Source: Macrostomum lignano (lineage: Eukaryota). From it: a DNA stretch of 64,000 bases. Numbering within the stretch: position 1 is the stretch's first letter; each line of letters starts with the position of its first letter. Shown one piece after another: positions 35,591-47,924 of the stretch. The DNA is taken from contig NIVC01000517.1 in the NCBI GenBank assembly GCA_002269645.1, positions 89,043 to 153,042 of the forward strand. The letters run 5' to 3'. A program made the position numbers and the translations under genes. Below the pieces are notes generated by a model that did no database searches, was not told the DNA's origin, and saw only the letters and a list, made by a program, of their open reading frames with translations.

Positions 35591-36277
35591 TCATTTCACA
35601 GCCTCTTTCGATCGCCGAGCCATCACCAGATTGTCGTATCGTTCGACCTGTCGATAATACGGCACCAGCTCCTTGGCAATGTTGGCTGGCAGCGGCGTCT
35701 CCTTGACAACCGTCGGCGCCGCCGGAGGCGCCAAACACGCGTCCACCTCAGGCAGCAGGTCGGTACGGCGCAAGCGCACCAAAGCGGCGCGCAGTTCACC
35801 CGGCTTAGCGCGCCGATGAAATCGGCGCCAACGATGCAGAGCGCGCCAGGCGCATTGAGCGCGCGACTCGCCAACGAGGCCGGTCTGCAACTCTTCGATG
35901 TCGCGGTCGATGGTCTCGCGGCCGCGCTGAGGCACAAACGGTAGAGCTCGGTAGAGACGCTTCCAGTCGATCTCGATTCGACGTGAGACCAGCAGGCAGA
36001 CTCTGTCGAATGGGCTGCCTGCGAATAGAATAATAATAATAATAATTTTATTATCGATATTCCGACTTATGACTTACGGAATGACTTTTAGTTTAATAAA
36101 CCTTGAGATGACTTGACTTTGAGGTTGCACGACCTTTGAAATAAAGTCAAGACAAAACTTTATTTTGGCTCAAAAGCACGAAAAACTTTACCGGCTAAAA
36201 AGCCTGCTTTATATTAAACTATTTGATATTGATCGGCATACTCACCGCACCCCCCAACCCGCGCTAGCAAGTACATG

Positions 36278-36315
<38 letters not shown>

Positions 36316-39300
36316 AAAACAACTCAACCTAGCCCCGCCCCCAGCGCGCACGCAGGCCAAGCTATCACAACCTTAAAGTTGTATGACCTTGAGGTCTATG
36401 ACCTTGAGAGTCTATGACCTTGAGAGTCTATGAACTTGAGAGTCTATGAACTTGAGAGTCAATGACCTTGATAGTCTTTGACCTTGATAGTCTTTGACCT
36501 TGAGAGTCTCTGACCTTGAGAGTCTATGACCTTGAGAGTCTATGAACTTGAGAGTCTATGACCTTGAGAGTCTATGATTTTGAGAGTCTATGACCTTGAT
36601 AGTCTATGACCTTGAGGTTGCATAACCTTGAGAATCTATGACCTTGAGGATCTATGACCTTGAGGGCCTATGACATAGAGAGTCTATGACCGTGAGAGCC
36701 TGTGACCTTGAGGTCTCTGACCTTGAGTTTATGACCTTGAGAGTCTATGACCTTGAGAGTCTCTGATATTGTGGTTGCATAGCCTTGAAGTTTCATGACC
36801 CAGAGGTTATTTGACCTTGAGAAATTCTAAATGTCGAAACAAACTAATTCAGAGACCTATTAACTGTACATCTACAAAGAGGTCCTCTATGACTACCTAC
36901 CATCTCCATCTGTTGGATTCTCCAAAGTCCTTGCAGTGGTCACCGTCGCAGCAGCAGCAGCAGCAGTGCCCCTACTCTGCTGATTAATTGCCGGCAAAGA
37001 AACTTTTCCTCGGTCGTCGCTCCTATTGGTGTCCGAGCCGGGTGCTTTCTGCTGCTGCTGATGCTGTCTGTGCAGCATCTTCTGCGTGGCCGCCTCCTGA
37101 GCAGCTCGAGTCTCCAACGGCATACCGTGGAAGACCTTCGACGTGGTGTCGGCCGCTGTTTTGAGACGGTGAATTTGAGCGCACTGGTCCAGACTGAGCT
37201 GGCACTGCTCCAGCTGGTAGGCGGTGCTGCTGACTTCATTCTTCAATCGCAGAGTTTCTTTCTCGCTGTCGCGCAGCGTCTCCGACACTTCGTTGAATCT
37301 TCGATGCTTGTCGTCGATGACGGATAGCTTGGAGCGGAGGGCCAGCATCCTGCGCTCCATCTGCGGTATGGAGTGTCTCAGTATGCGCAATTGTTCTTTG
37401 AGCTGTTTTAGCAGCAGTTGAGCTGCTGCCGGGTCCAACTCGGTCTCCTGCTCAGATTCGGCGCTCTCTTTGGAGGCTCGTTTGATCTCGTCGCGGCGGA
37501 ACTCCTTCATCTCGCAGTCGATTTTGACGCTGTTCACCTCCTGGTACAGCTGCTCCTCCGCCTGCAGCAGCTCAGACTCGCGGTCGGTTAGTGAGGCCAG
37601 TTCGACCTGATGTTTGAGGGGTTTTTCTAGTTTTTGTAGGTAGGTAAGCTCAGGGTCTGTCACGTAGGTAAATTTAATATATAGCAGGTAGAGAAGCTCA
37701 ATATCTAACAGGTAGGTAAGCTCCATATCTAACAGGTAGGTAAGCTCCATATCTAACACGTAGGTAAGCTCCATATCTAACACGTAGGTAAGCTAAATAT
37801 CTAACACGTAGGTAAGCTCCATATCTAACAGGTAGGTAAGCTCCATATCTAACAGGTAGGTAAGCTACATATCTAACAGGTAGGTAAGCTAAATATCTAA
37901 CACGTAGGTAAGCTCCATATCTAACACGTAGGTAAGCTCCATATCTAACAGGTAGGTAAGCTCCATATCTAACAGGTAGGTAAGCTACATATCTAACAGG
38001 CAGGTAAGCTCCATATCTAACACGTAGGTAAGCTCCATATCTAACAGGTAGGTAATCTATATCTAACAGGTAGGCAAGCTACATATCTAACAGGTAGGTA
38101 AGCTCCATATCTAACAGGTAGGTAAGCTCCATATCTAACAGGTAGGTAAGCTCCATATCTAACACGTAGGTAAGCTCCATATCTAACAGGTAGGTAATCT
38201 ATATCTAACAGGTAGGCAAGCTACATATCTAACAGGTAGGTAAGCTCCATATCTAACAGGTAGGTAAGCTCCATATCTAACAGGTAGGTAAGCTCCATAT
38301 CTAACACGTAGGTAAGCTCCATATCTAACAGGTAGGTAAGCTACATATCTAACAGGTAGGCAAGCTCCATATCTAACAGGTAGGTAAGCTAAATATCTAA
38401 CACGTAGGTAAGCTCCATATCTAACAGGTAGGTAAGCTCCATATCTAACAGGTAGGTAAGCTAAATATCTAACAGGTAGGTAAGCTCCATATCTAACACG
38501 TAGGTAAGCTCCATATCTAACAGGTAGGTAATCTATATCTAACAGGTAGGCAAGCTACATATCTAACAGGTAGGTAAGCTCCATATCTAACAGGTAGGTA
38601 AGCTCCATATCTAACACGTAGGTAAGCTCCATATCTAACAGGTAGGTAAGCTACATATCTAACAGGTAGGTTAGATTATCCTATCTAACAGGCATAGTTT
38701 CCGTGTCTAACACTCGCCTGCAGCCGGGCTTTCTCAGCCTGCAGCGATCGAGTCCGAAACTGAGACGTGTGCAGCCGGTGCCTCAGCTCAGTCAGAGAAG
38801 TCTTCAGTTGGCCGCGTCGTTTCTCCAACTCTGCCAGATCGGCTGCGATGAAGCTGGCATAGCCCTGATCGTGTTCGATCCACTCCTCCAGAGCGTCCAG
38901 GGCCGCCCGAAGCTGGGCGCACTCGTCTGTGAACAGGCCCACGACTGGGGCAGTGATGATGTCAGCGCGGTTGAGCAAAGCCAACGTGGACTTCTGCATG
39001 CGGCCTGTTTGTGAGGAGTTGAGAGAAGCATATGGGTCTTGAGGCTCTCAGTCTGAAGACAGTGGGGAGTGGGTCCTGAGGCTCTCAGCCTGAAGACAGT
39101 GGAGAGTGGGTCCTGAGGGTCTCAGCCTGAAGACAGTATGGGGTGAATGCTGAAGGGAGACGGTTTTTCCCTAACAATCAGCTCACCAAGCCGCAGGCAG
39201 TCCCTCAGGAACAGGTGCGGATTGTACAGAGCATTATTCAAACAGTCCCTCGCTTTGCTGTTCCATTCTCGCCTGTTCACTGTGTACTTTTTAGCCGTTT

Positions 39301-40427
39301 CTATGGGCGCCTGACGAAGATTTAAGGTGTAAAAGGACAGCAAGTACTTGTCGCACAGCGCTTGGACTCGACCGGTCGCATCAATCATGCCTGCAAAACA
39401 GCAATTTGCTTGTTGGTTTGATGTTCCTGAAGCCATCTTTCATGAAGTTCCTGACTCAGTCACACCCAGTTCCTGACGCGTGCAGTCACACCCAGTTCCT
39501 GACACGTGCAGTCACACCCAGTTCCTCGCAATCACACCCAGTTCCTGACTCAGTTACACCCAGTTCCTGACGCGTGCAGTCACACTCAGTTCCTGACGCA
39601 GTCACACCCAGTTCCTGACGCAGTCACATCCAGTTCCTGACGCAGTCACATCCAGTTCCTGACGCAGTCACACCCAGTTCCTGACGCAGTCGCATCCAGT
39701 TCCTGACGCAGTCACATCCAGTTCCTGACGCAGTCACATCCAGTTCCTGACTCAGTCACACCCAGTTCCTGACGCAATCACATCCAGTTCCTGACGCAAT
39801 CACATCCAGTTCCTGACGCAATCACACCCAGTTCCTGACGCAATCACATCCAGTTCCTGACGCAATCACATCCAGTTCCTGACGCAATCACATCCAGTTC
39901 CTGACGCAGTCGCACCCAGTTCCTGACTCAGTCACATCCAGTTCCTGACTCAGTCACATCCAGTTCCTGACGCAGTCACACCCAGCTCCTGACGCAATTA
40001 ACACACGTCACCCACCCGTAAACCTGCTAGGCACATAGGCCAGCAGGCGATTCTGGAGTCGAGTCAGTTTAATGCAAGTCTCCGGCTTGATATGCTTGAG
40101 ATCCGGCTGCGCCTCCCTCAGCTCGGGATCCCGACCCAGCACGATGGCGGACTGCATCTGGCGCATCGAGTTCAGCTCAGCGAGGCTGTGGCACTGCATC
40201 ACCTCCTTAGCAACCGGTGCCCAACGGCAGATAAAAGCGTAAGCGTCGACATCGGAATCTGCGGCACCTGATCTGGGAGCCTGCATTGCGTCATCTTCTG
40301 TGCCGTCCTGACTGTAAAACTCGAATTCTAGACTGGTTAGCTGCGCTCGAACTCGCGACAGCTCGTCAAGAAGAATTGTGTACAGCTGATGCAGACTTCT
40401 TGGCGGACTTGCTTGCAGAGAGTCCAT
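35591..40427 (-). CDS. Coiled-coil protein with C-terminal Death-like domain (~678 aa, 5 exons)
   Basis: Phase-consistent exons 40016-40427, 39187-39390, 38718-39004 (GC donor), 36901-37606, 35591-36018. Long heptad region. Last exon DWKRLYRALPF..IDRDIEEL..CAWRALHRWRRFH..LRAALVRLRRTDL resembles a death fold. Confidence 0.8.
36375..36815. repeat. 16-bp minisatellite (CTATGACCTTGAGAGT), intronic
   Basis: Tandem units visible directly. Confidence 0.95.
37650..38690. repeat. 24-bp minisatellite (GTAGGTAAGCTCCATATCTAACAG), intronic
   Basis: About 40 units. Confidence 0.97.
39455..39997. repeat. 22-bp minisatellite (CAGTCACACCCAGTTCCTGACG), intronic; a short separate array lies at ~39040-39137
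   Basis: Tandem units visible directly. Confidence 0.95.
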
Positions 40428-41272
40428 CGCGTTTTCTCTCTCTCAGTTTTTCTCTCTTCGTTTTTCGTAGATATCCAAATCTTGGGTGAGAGTGCGGCAG
40501 CTGGGACAGACAGAGAGAGATGAAGTGCTCGAAAGTGCGGACAGAAATTGAGCGAGAGAGCAGCAGCAGGGCAAATAGAAGAAATAGAGCACCTGCTGCT
40601 GCTGCTTTTGGTCAGTAAAAAAAGTGTGTTTAGTAGAAGAGCAACTGCTATTTGTGCGGAGTAAGTTTGTGCAGAATGAATAGCAGTTTTATTCGTACCT
40701 GTGCTGTGTTGTGAAGCTGTAGTCATGGGGCCTTACCTATAATGTGCTCACCTTGCTTAGAGTATGAAGAGTTGACACGGGGTAAGTGCTTGTTTTTTTA
40801 CTCCGTTCCGTTTAAAATAGTTTAAAATACCTGATACTACTATAAGTAGCCAAACAAACTGTAGTCTTGACTTAGTTGAGTGCTTTGAGGTAAAAAAACT
40901 ACATGCTAAAATTTTACCTGTAACTAAAATGGCTCGTAGCATTAATTGCCTCTTTCTGCGCAAGTATCTGCAGTGGCTTGAAGAATTCAACCCGATCTGG
41001 GACGCCAGCTGCATGATCCTCGATCCCTCCGCTACTGTTTTCCCAGGTAAATGAATTAATATCCGGTTGCTGACAAAAAACGAATTGACAAATTGTAACC
41101 AGTTGAAGAGTCGCTACAAGCACCTGTCTGCTGTCATTGGACGATGCGTCCAAATCGATGAAGACCCGATGAAAAAAATCGAGAGCAACATTTCAGCTTT
41201 TTTCTCAATCTCGACCTACTGAGAAAAATTCGCGATCTAAATCATTTTGTGCTCAGATTTCGCTGAAGCGAC

Positions 41273-42427
41273 ATGAATGACTCAGCTGGATCGCCTGGTC
41301 GCCGCGTCACTTTGTACGTCGAGAGTGCTTTGCAGATGGTGAGAGACTGTCAGAGCGGAGATCCGGGCAAGCACCTGTTCTGCGTCCTGTCGCACGTGGT
41401 GGGCGTCATGTCGGGACTGCTGCTACCGATCGTCATCATTGTCGGCTTGATTGGGAACTCCATCGTTGCCTACGTGATGCTGGGCAGCCTCAGGCCGCTG
41501 ACTCGTCAGAATTTGTACCTGGGCTGCATCGCCGCTGCTGACAACCTCAGCCTCATCATTGTCGGCATATTCAGTGTGTTTCTCAACAAAGGCCTGCCTT
41601 GGCTCACGGCTGGCAGTTTCGGGTTCTTCGCCTCCAACCTGAGCGACAGCATGTGCAAGGTGTCCCGCTACTCGCTGAACTTCTGCCAGGCTCTGTCCTG
41701 CGCTTGGCTGCTGGTGCTGGTGCTGGACCGACTGCTGGCTGTCCACCGGCCGCTGGCCATGAAGAATGTCGGCATCGGAACCGCTGTCAAGGTCCTGGCT
41801 GGCACGTTCGTCCTGTCCGCTCTGATCGCCCTGCCGAACGGCGTCTTCGTTGGGCACCACGCCGTGTCGGAGACGGCCACTGCGGTTGTGCTGCTCTGCT
41901 CTCACCTGCCCGAATATCGGCTGGGCATGATGGTCTACACATCCGTGATGTCTAATCCGCCTCTGCTCGGGATTCTACTCATGCTCATACTCAACTGTTT
42001 CCTAGTGCGTCAAGTTGTGTCGGCTCTGAAACAGCACCGGATGTTGTCGAATTCTGGCAATGAGCAGCACGAGTTGAACTCGAATGAATACTTCGGTGCG
42101 TTGGTTGTGCTCATACTGACTGTCCTCTATCTGATCCTGCACACGCCGCTGCTGGTGTTTCGCCTGTTTCTGGAGGTGCTCGACTTCACTTTGGTGAGCT
42201 ATGGAGACATGAGCCTCATCAGTGTGGCCGCAAATTTGTTCTTTATGAGCCTGGTCATCGGTCTGGTGAATCAGAGCATCAATTTCTTTGTGCTCATGGC
42301 TCGCAACCTGCCGTTTAAGAGGAGCGTTTTGGCCACGTTTAAAGTCGACTGCATCAAGAATCGGCAGTACAGCGGCACCAACTCGGAGGCCCAAGTGGCG
42401 ACAGTAAATGCAAACGGAGCTGGATAG
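41273..42427 (+). CDS. Rhodopsin-family (class A) GPCR, probably a peptide receptor, intronless, 384 aa
   Basis: Seven hydrophobic segments; GLIGNSIV (TM1), LGCIAAADNL (TM2), LDRLLAVHRPL (DRY-like), LHTP (TM6), NQSINFFV (TM7). Confidence 0.92.
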   Translation: MNDSAGSPGRRVTLYVESALQMVRDCQSGDPGKHLFCVLSHVVGVMSGLLLPIVIIVGLIGNSIVAYVMLGSLRPLTRQNLYLGCIAAADNLSLIIVGIFSVFLNKGLPWLTAGSFGFFASNLSDSMCKVSRYSLNFCQALSCAWLLVLVLDRLLAVHRPLAMKNVGIGTAVKVLAGTFVLSALIALPNGVFVGHHAVSETATAVVLLCSHLPEYRLGMMVYTSVMSNPPLLGILLMLILNCFLVRQVVSALKQHRMLSNSGNEQHELNSNEYFGALVVLILTVLYLILHTPLLVFRLFLEVLDFTLVSYGDMSLISVAANLFFMSLVIGLVNQSINFFVLMARNLPFKRSVLATFKVDCIKNRQYSGTNSEAQVATVNANGAG

Positions 42428-42479
42428 ATACTACTCACTGGGAAAGTAGTTTTCAAAACTGATCAAGATAAACATACAA

Positions 42480-43420
42480 TATCGAGTGTTTAAGCATTGA
42501 CGATTGGGTTGTTTATAAAAGAAGATCAAGTGTTTATCATTAGACTATTGAGTGTTTATCTTGGACTACCGAATGTTTATCATAGACAATTGAGTGTTTA
42601 TCATAGACGAACAATTGTTTAACATTTATCACGTGTTATAAAAATTTTATTAAGCACGCACTAACAAGTGTTTATAATACAAAATATCGAGTGTTTATCG
42701 TGCACAATTGAATGTTTATGCTGCACAATCGTGTACTCGACATACAGTGTACAATATCAATTATTTTTCATGCTATTTCATGTGTTTATCAGATGTTATC
42801 AGATATCTTTCACGTGTGTTTAAGATTTGCATCATCGTTCTACTATACTTAAAGAAACGTTTATTGCTATTTTTAATGTTTACTATGCACTATTGAGTCT
42901 TGATATCATATATAAGCAAGTGTTTATCGGTGGTGATTGCTGGTTTATCACGCACTATCGGGTTTATCACACTCACCGATTTGTTTATTTCTGTTTATTC
43001 TGCCTCTTTAAGATTTTATTTTAAAAAACAGACTGTTTATCACAAGTATAGTAGCGAGCTTTGTCATTTGGCTGCTATCAAGGAAGTATAATGCGCCATC
43101 GAGTGTTTATCATGTTGTCATGTATGTATTCGATGCTTCGATGTATTCGATTTTTACTATAGGCATGATCGAGTGTTTACACTAGCTGAACACTTGTTTA
43201 TCATTTTACGATCGAGTGTTTATAATTTTACGATCGAGTTTTTATCATTTTATGATCCCGTGGTTATCATTTTATGATATCATCGAGTGTTTTTTTACGA
43301 TCGTGTTTTTTACAATTATTGATTTTTCGTTAAAGTGTTTCTTTTTGAGATCAAGTGTTTATTAAACGATCAAGTGGTTTTAGGATCCAATGTTTATTCT
43401 ACGAACGAGAATTAATAATA
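42480..43420. repeat. Degenerate dispersed repeat built on ATCGAGTGTTTATCA
   Basis: Core GTGTTTATC recurs many times with irregular spacing. Confidence 0.6.
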
Positions 43421-44049
43421 AAAATTAAAATCAAACACTTGTCATGGAATACACTGTATCTAAAGGAATTTTTCTTGAGTCCATTTTTACTATACTGGTA
43501 TACTAACAACCAGAGATTGGCTAAATAGCAAAAGAACAGAACATACAACTACCTCTACTCACTCCATGGAGTCCTCTGCCAATATTGCCTCGGTTGGAAA
43601 ACTGATTGCGCTTTCCAGCAATTTTGGTTTGGGCCATAGACTATTTTGACTAGGCGAAGCGACAGCCTAGAGTCTCCGTGTTCACTTTTGAAAGCCCCGA
43701 GTGGAAAATTGACTGCAGAAAGCGAAACATGAATCGAACGTTGATGGGTTCACACAAAAACTGGTATTACTTTCAGATAGTGTATCAAGATTATCAAGAG
43801 TATCGAAAAGATGAATGCTGATCCAAACATCCATTTTAACTGACGTAGCTCGTGTATCCCCATTTTGAAATTCAAGCCTATTGATATAAAAACAATAGCT
43901 ATACCGTTAAAATGAAGCTTTACCTTTGTTCGGCTTTTAAGAGGTTACGAAGTGATTTTTTTGTTTTCTTGTCATCAACCTTAGTAAATGCGACCATCTC
44001 TTGTTGCTTCAGGATTTTCCGATTGAGCAAGACTATAGCAAATTTTCAG

Positions 44050-44432
44050 GACAGCGATACCCACTGCTGCATCTATAGCGATACCCACTGCTGTATCTAT
44101 AGCGATACCCACTGCTGCATCTATAGCGATACCCACTGCTGTATCTATAGCGATACCCACTGTATCTATAGCGATACCCACTGCTGTGCCTATAGCAATA
44201 TCCACTGTATCTATAGCAATACCCACTGCTGTGTCTATAGCAATATCCACTGCTGTATCTATAGCAATATCCACTGTGTCTATAGCAATACCCACTGCTG
44301 TATCTATAGCAATATCCACTGTGTCTATAGCAATACCCACTGCTGTATCTATAGCAATATCCACTGTATCTACAGCAATACACACTGCTGCATCTATAGC
44401 AATACCAACTGATGTCTATAGCGATACCAACT
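44050..44432. repeat. 24/21-bp minisatellite (ATCTATAGCGATACCCACTGCTGT)
   Basis: Tandem units visible directly. Confidence 0.95.
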
Positions 44433-44479
44433 GCGGTAGCTGAGGCAATTCTGCTCATTCAGTCTAATCCTGAGCACAT

Positions 44480-44735
44480 AAAAGTGCGCAAATACTGTAC
44501 GCAGACACTCATTCATACAAAGGCCCGGTGTTCAGCGGCCCTTTGACTTTCTAATCAGGATCATGTACAAATTTGACATTGGGCCTTGAGGACTGGCTCT
44601 CATGGCTGCGAATCGCACCACAACCCCAAGGGCAAATTTTTCATACACACAAGCCCCAGATTAATGTCGCAGCGCAGGGAATCAAACCAGGGGTCATGCG
44701 GTGCGAGAGCCGGACTCGTTTACCGCTGAGCTGCT
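44480..44735 (-). mobile_element. tRNA-derived SINE
   Basis: Minus strand head AGCTCAGCGGTAAA (A box)..GGTTTGATTCC (B box), followed by a non-tRNA body. Confidence 0.65.
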
Positions 44736-44809
44736 CTGTCTAAAACAAAATGCACTGGCGTCGCTGGACTCAAAACTCACAGCGAATTTTAATTAATAAA
44801 TCAACCCAG

Positions 44810-45540
44810 GAATTGGGAGGCTGGCCCAGCAACTGGGGATCTGAGAGGCTGGCCCAGCAACTGGGGATCTGAGAGGCTGGCCCAGCAACTGAGGATCTGG
44901 GAGGCTGGCCCAGCAACTGAGGATCTGGGAGGCTGGCCCAGCAACTGGGGATCTGGGAGGCTGGCCCAGCAACTGGGGATCTGGGAGGCTGGCCCAGCAA
45001 CTGGGCATCTGAGAGGCTGGCCCAGCAACTGGGGATCTGGGAGGCTGGCCCAGCAACTGAGGATCTGGGAGGCTGGCCCAGCAACTGGGGATCTGAGAGG
45101 CTGGCCCAGCAACTGGGGATCTGGGAGGCTGGTCCAGCAACTGGGGATCTGGGAGGCTGGCCCAGCAACTGGGCATCTGAGAGGCTGGCCCAGCAACTGG
45201 GGATCTGGGAGGCTGGCTCAGCAACTGAGGATCTGGGAGGCTGGCCCAGCAACTGAGGATCTGGGAGGCTTGCCCAGCAACTGAGGATCTGGGAGGCTGG
45301 CTCAGCAACTGAGGATCTGGGAGGCTGGCTCAGCAACTGAGGATCTGGGAGGCTTGCCCAGCAACTGAGGATCTGGGAGGCTGGCTCAGCAACTGAGGAT
45401 CTGGGAGGCTGGCCCAGCAACTGAGGATCTGGGAGGCTTGCCCAGCAACTGAGGATCTGGGAGGCTGGCCCAGCAACTGAGGATCTGGGAGGCTTGCCCA
45501 GCAACTGAGGATCTGGGAGGCTTGCCCAGCAACTGAGGAC
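44810..45540. repeat. 28-bp minisatellite (GGCTGGCCCAGCAACTG(G/A)GGATCTGGGA), array 1
   Basis: Period 28 (44881, 44909). Confidence 0.97.
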
Positions 45541-46094
45541 TTGGGACACATGCTTTTACTCAGCCTGCTCGGCCCAGCAACTGAGGAAACGAGAAACGTA
45601 AACAAACAAAAACTTCAGTTTCGACTGAAACTTTTCAATGCGGGTTTTGAACAGACTCGCTCAAGCTAGCAGTATTTATTTAGATAGCTTAAGCGCTGAG
45701 AGAATTTATTGATTATATAATATATTTAAATATATTTAGCAGTACGCACATGAATTGTTTGAACTTTCTATTTTTAGACTGTTACGACCAACAAAGTAAG
45801 ATAACTATTGTAAATAGAAAATTCAAATATTACTCGTAATAAAATTGAAGTAACATACGGAAAACTAAGAGGGAGTACATAGATGAACATTTGTTGTACT
45901 TAGGAAACAATTATAGGCAGAGTACATACGACACTGGTATCGCTATTAGGAGCTTTGCTGAATAACAACTTAAACTGGCGGGGGAGGGGGCAGGAGGGAG
46001 GGCGCTCTGTAAAGCCCCGAAAACTTGCTCTGTTTCCCAAATCTCTTTGACCTTATAATTTCTAAGAAGTTCACAAGTTTACGTCGCCCTAAAC

Positions 46095-46395
46095 TGTATA
46101 TCTCCAATCTTCACATCCCCAATCTTCACATCCTCGATCTTCACACCACTAATCTTCACATCTCCAATCTTCTAATCCTCAATCTTCACATCCCTAATCT
46201 TCACATCCCCAATCTTCACATCCCTAATCTTCACATCCCCAATCTTAACATCCCCAATCTTCACATCCTTAATCTTCACACCACTAATCTTCAGATCCTC
46301 AATCTTCTAATCCTCAATCTTCTAATCCTCAATCTTCACATCCCTAATCTTCACATCCCCAATCTTGACATCCTCAATCTTCACATCCTCAATCA
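46095..46395. repeat. 15-bp minisatellite (AATCTTCACATCCCT)
   Basis: Tandem units just 3' of the PSMB7 stop. Confidence 0.93.
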
Positions 46396-46520
46396 TAAAT
46401 CCTTATACTGTCATATCCCTCAAATATTCACAACCCCAGCCCCATGAAGCCTGGGATTGTGAAACCAAGCGGGGATATGTTTCAACACTTGGTCATATTG
46501 GTTTCAGTCTGAACCATCAA

Positions 46521-47856
46521 TCAAGTTTCCATTGGCGTCTCGCCAGCAGCCTGGGCGGCCCCGGAGTCGCGGATGATCCGGGTGCTGATGATGTCGGCCA
46601 GCACTGGACGGCGGTCGGTGCGCAGCACAGCCGGCTTGCCGCCTCGGTAGACAGCCGCCCGCTGGCCTTTCTCATTGGCTCTCAGGTAGGGCCGCAGGTA
46701 TTCAACACCGTCCTGACGGATGATGCAGACGTCAACATTGGAGCCGCTGCCGAGATCGTTGAAGATGCCGGCTAGGATGGCGTCCCGGACCAGTTGGACA
46801 GCCTGGCCCTGGTCCAGATCCGGCTTGAACCGGCTTTCAAAGACCGCCATGGCGGCGAGGCTGCCGCTGCCCATGGTGATGTAGGGGGCGCAGTCCACCG
46901 AGCCGTGGGGAGCCACCGAGTACAGGTGCGGACCCTGGTAGTCTACGCCGCCAATGACTAGGGCGGCGCCGATGTAGCCCTGGTATCTGAGGGCAGTTAG
47001 ATAGTTAGTTGGTTAGTAAATAAGTAAGTTAGATAGTTAGTTAGTTAGAGTTAGTTGATTAGTAGGTCAGTCAGTCAGTCAGTCAGTCAGTCAGTCAGTC
47101 AGTCAGTCAGTCAGTCAGTCAGTCAGTCAGTCAGTCAGTCAGTCAGTCAGTCAGTCAGTCAGTCAGTCAGTCAGTCAGTCAGTCAGTCAGTCAGTCAGTC
47201 AGTCAGTCAGTCAGTCAGTCAGTCAGTGTCAGTCACTCAAGTCAGTCAGTCAGTCAGTCAGTCAGTCAGTCAGTCAGTCAGTCAGTCAGTCAGTCAGTCA
47301 GTCAGTCAGTCAGTCAGTCAGTCAGTCAGTCAGTCAATCGTATTTCTGACCAACATTTAAAGTTCTCCGGGTGTTTCTTTCTAAGAAAGTGCAACCCAAC
47401 ACACAGTATAGCCAAAACACAATTAATAATAGAGGATTACCTAAATAGGTAATCCTTAAGCAGCTGCTTGGCCGTAATCACCCTCGGCAACCGGCCAGTA
47501 GACAGTCGGTGCAGACAAATTTGAGCCGAAATCTGCCTAGTAACCATTTCGGTGTCAGCGGCGGTGCCGGCGCCGCAGCAGTAGATCCTGTCCGATATGT
47601 AGTGAATCTTGCTGCAGTCCTTGTCGGCCACAATGTTGCCCTCCGTTGCTCGCGTATCGGCGCCCAGAACCACGCCGCCATTGAATACGCAGCCAACTAT
47701 GGTGGTGCCCGTCTTCTTGGCCCGCGGCAGCGCCGAGGTTGAAGAGGCGGCTGCGTCAGCTTGGCTGCCTCCGCCGCACTTGGCCAGCAGGTGCTGATTG
47801 CGCAGGACATTGTCGAATACAAATCCGGGACAGGATGGCTCCTCTAGCATGGCCAT
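46521..47856 (-). CDS. PSMB7: Proteasome subunit beta type-7 (beta-2)
   Basis: Exons 47441-47856 and 46521-46986 (phase 2: LFR|YQGYIGAAL). Propeptide then [27 protein letters not shown]; [10 protein letters not shown]; [10 protein letters not shown]. Confidence 0.97.
47062..47336. repeat. (CAGT)n microsatellite in the PSMB7 intron
   Basis: Long, almost pure tetranucleotide tract with one interruption. Confidence 0.98.
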
Positions 47857-47924
47857 TGAAGACTTAGTGGCTGGAGTGCGAGGTTCGACACACGGTTAGT
47901 GAGTAGGTAATCCGGAATCTTGGG

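Noticed and set aside
37607-37783. MLDMELTY repeat N-terminus of ORF 36893-37783
   Set aside because: Intronic 24-bp array; the real exon starts at the acceptor at 37606.
43912-44458. Cys/His-rich metallothionein-like and GY-rich repeat ORFs
   Set aside because: Frames of the 24/21-bp minisatellite; no unique coding flanks or splice support.
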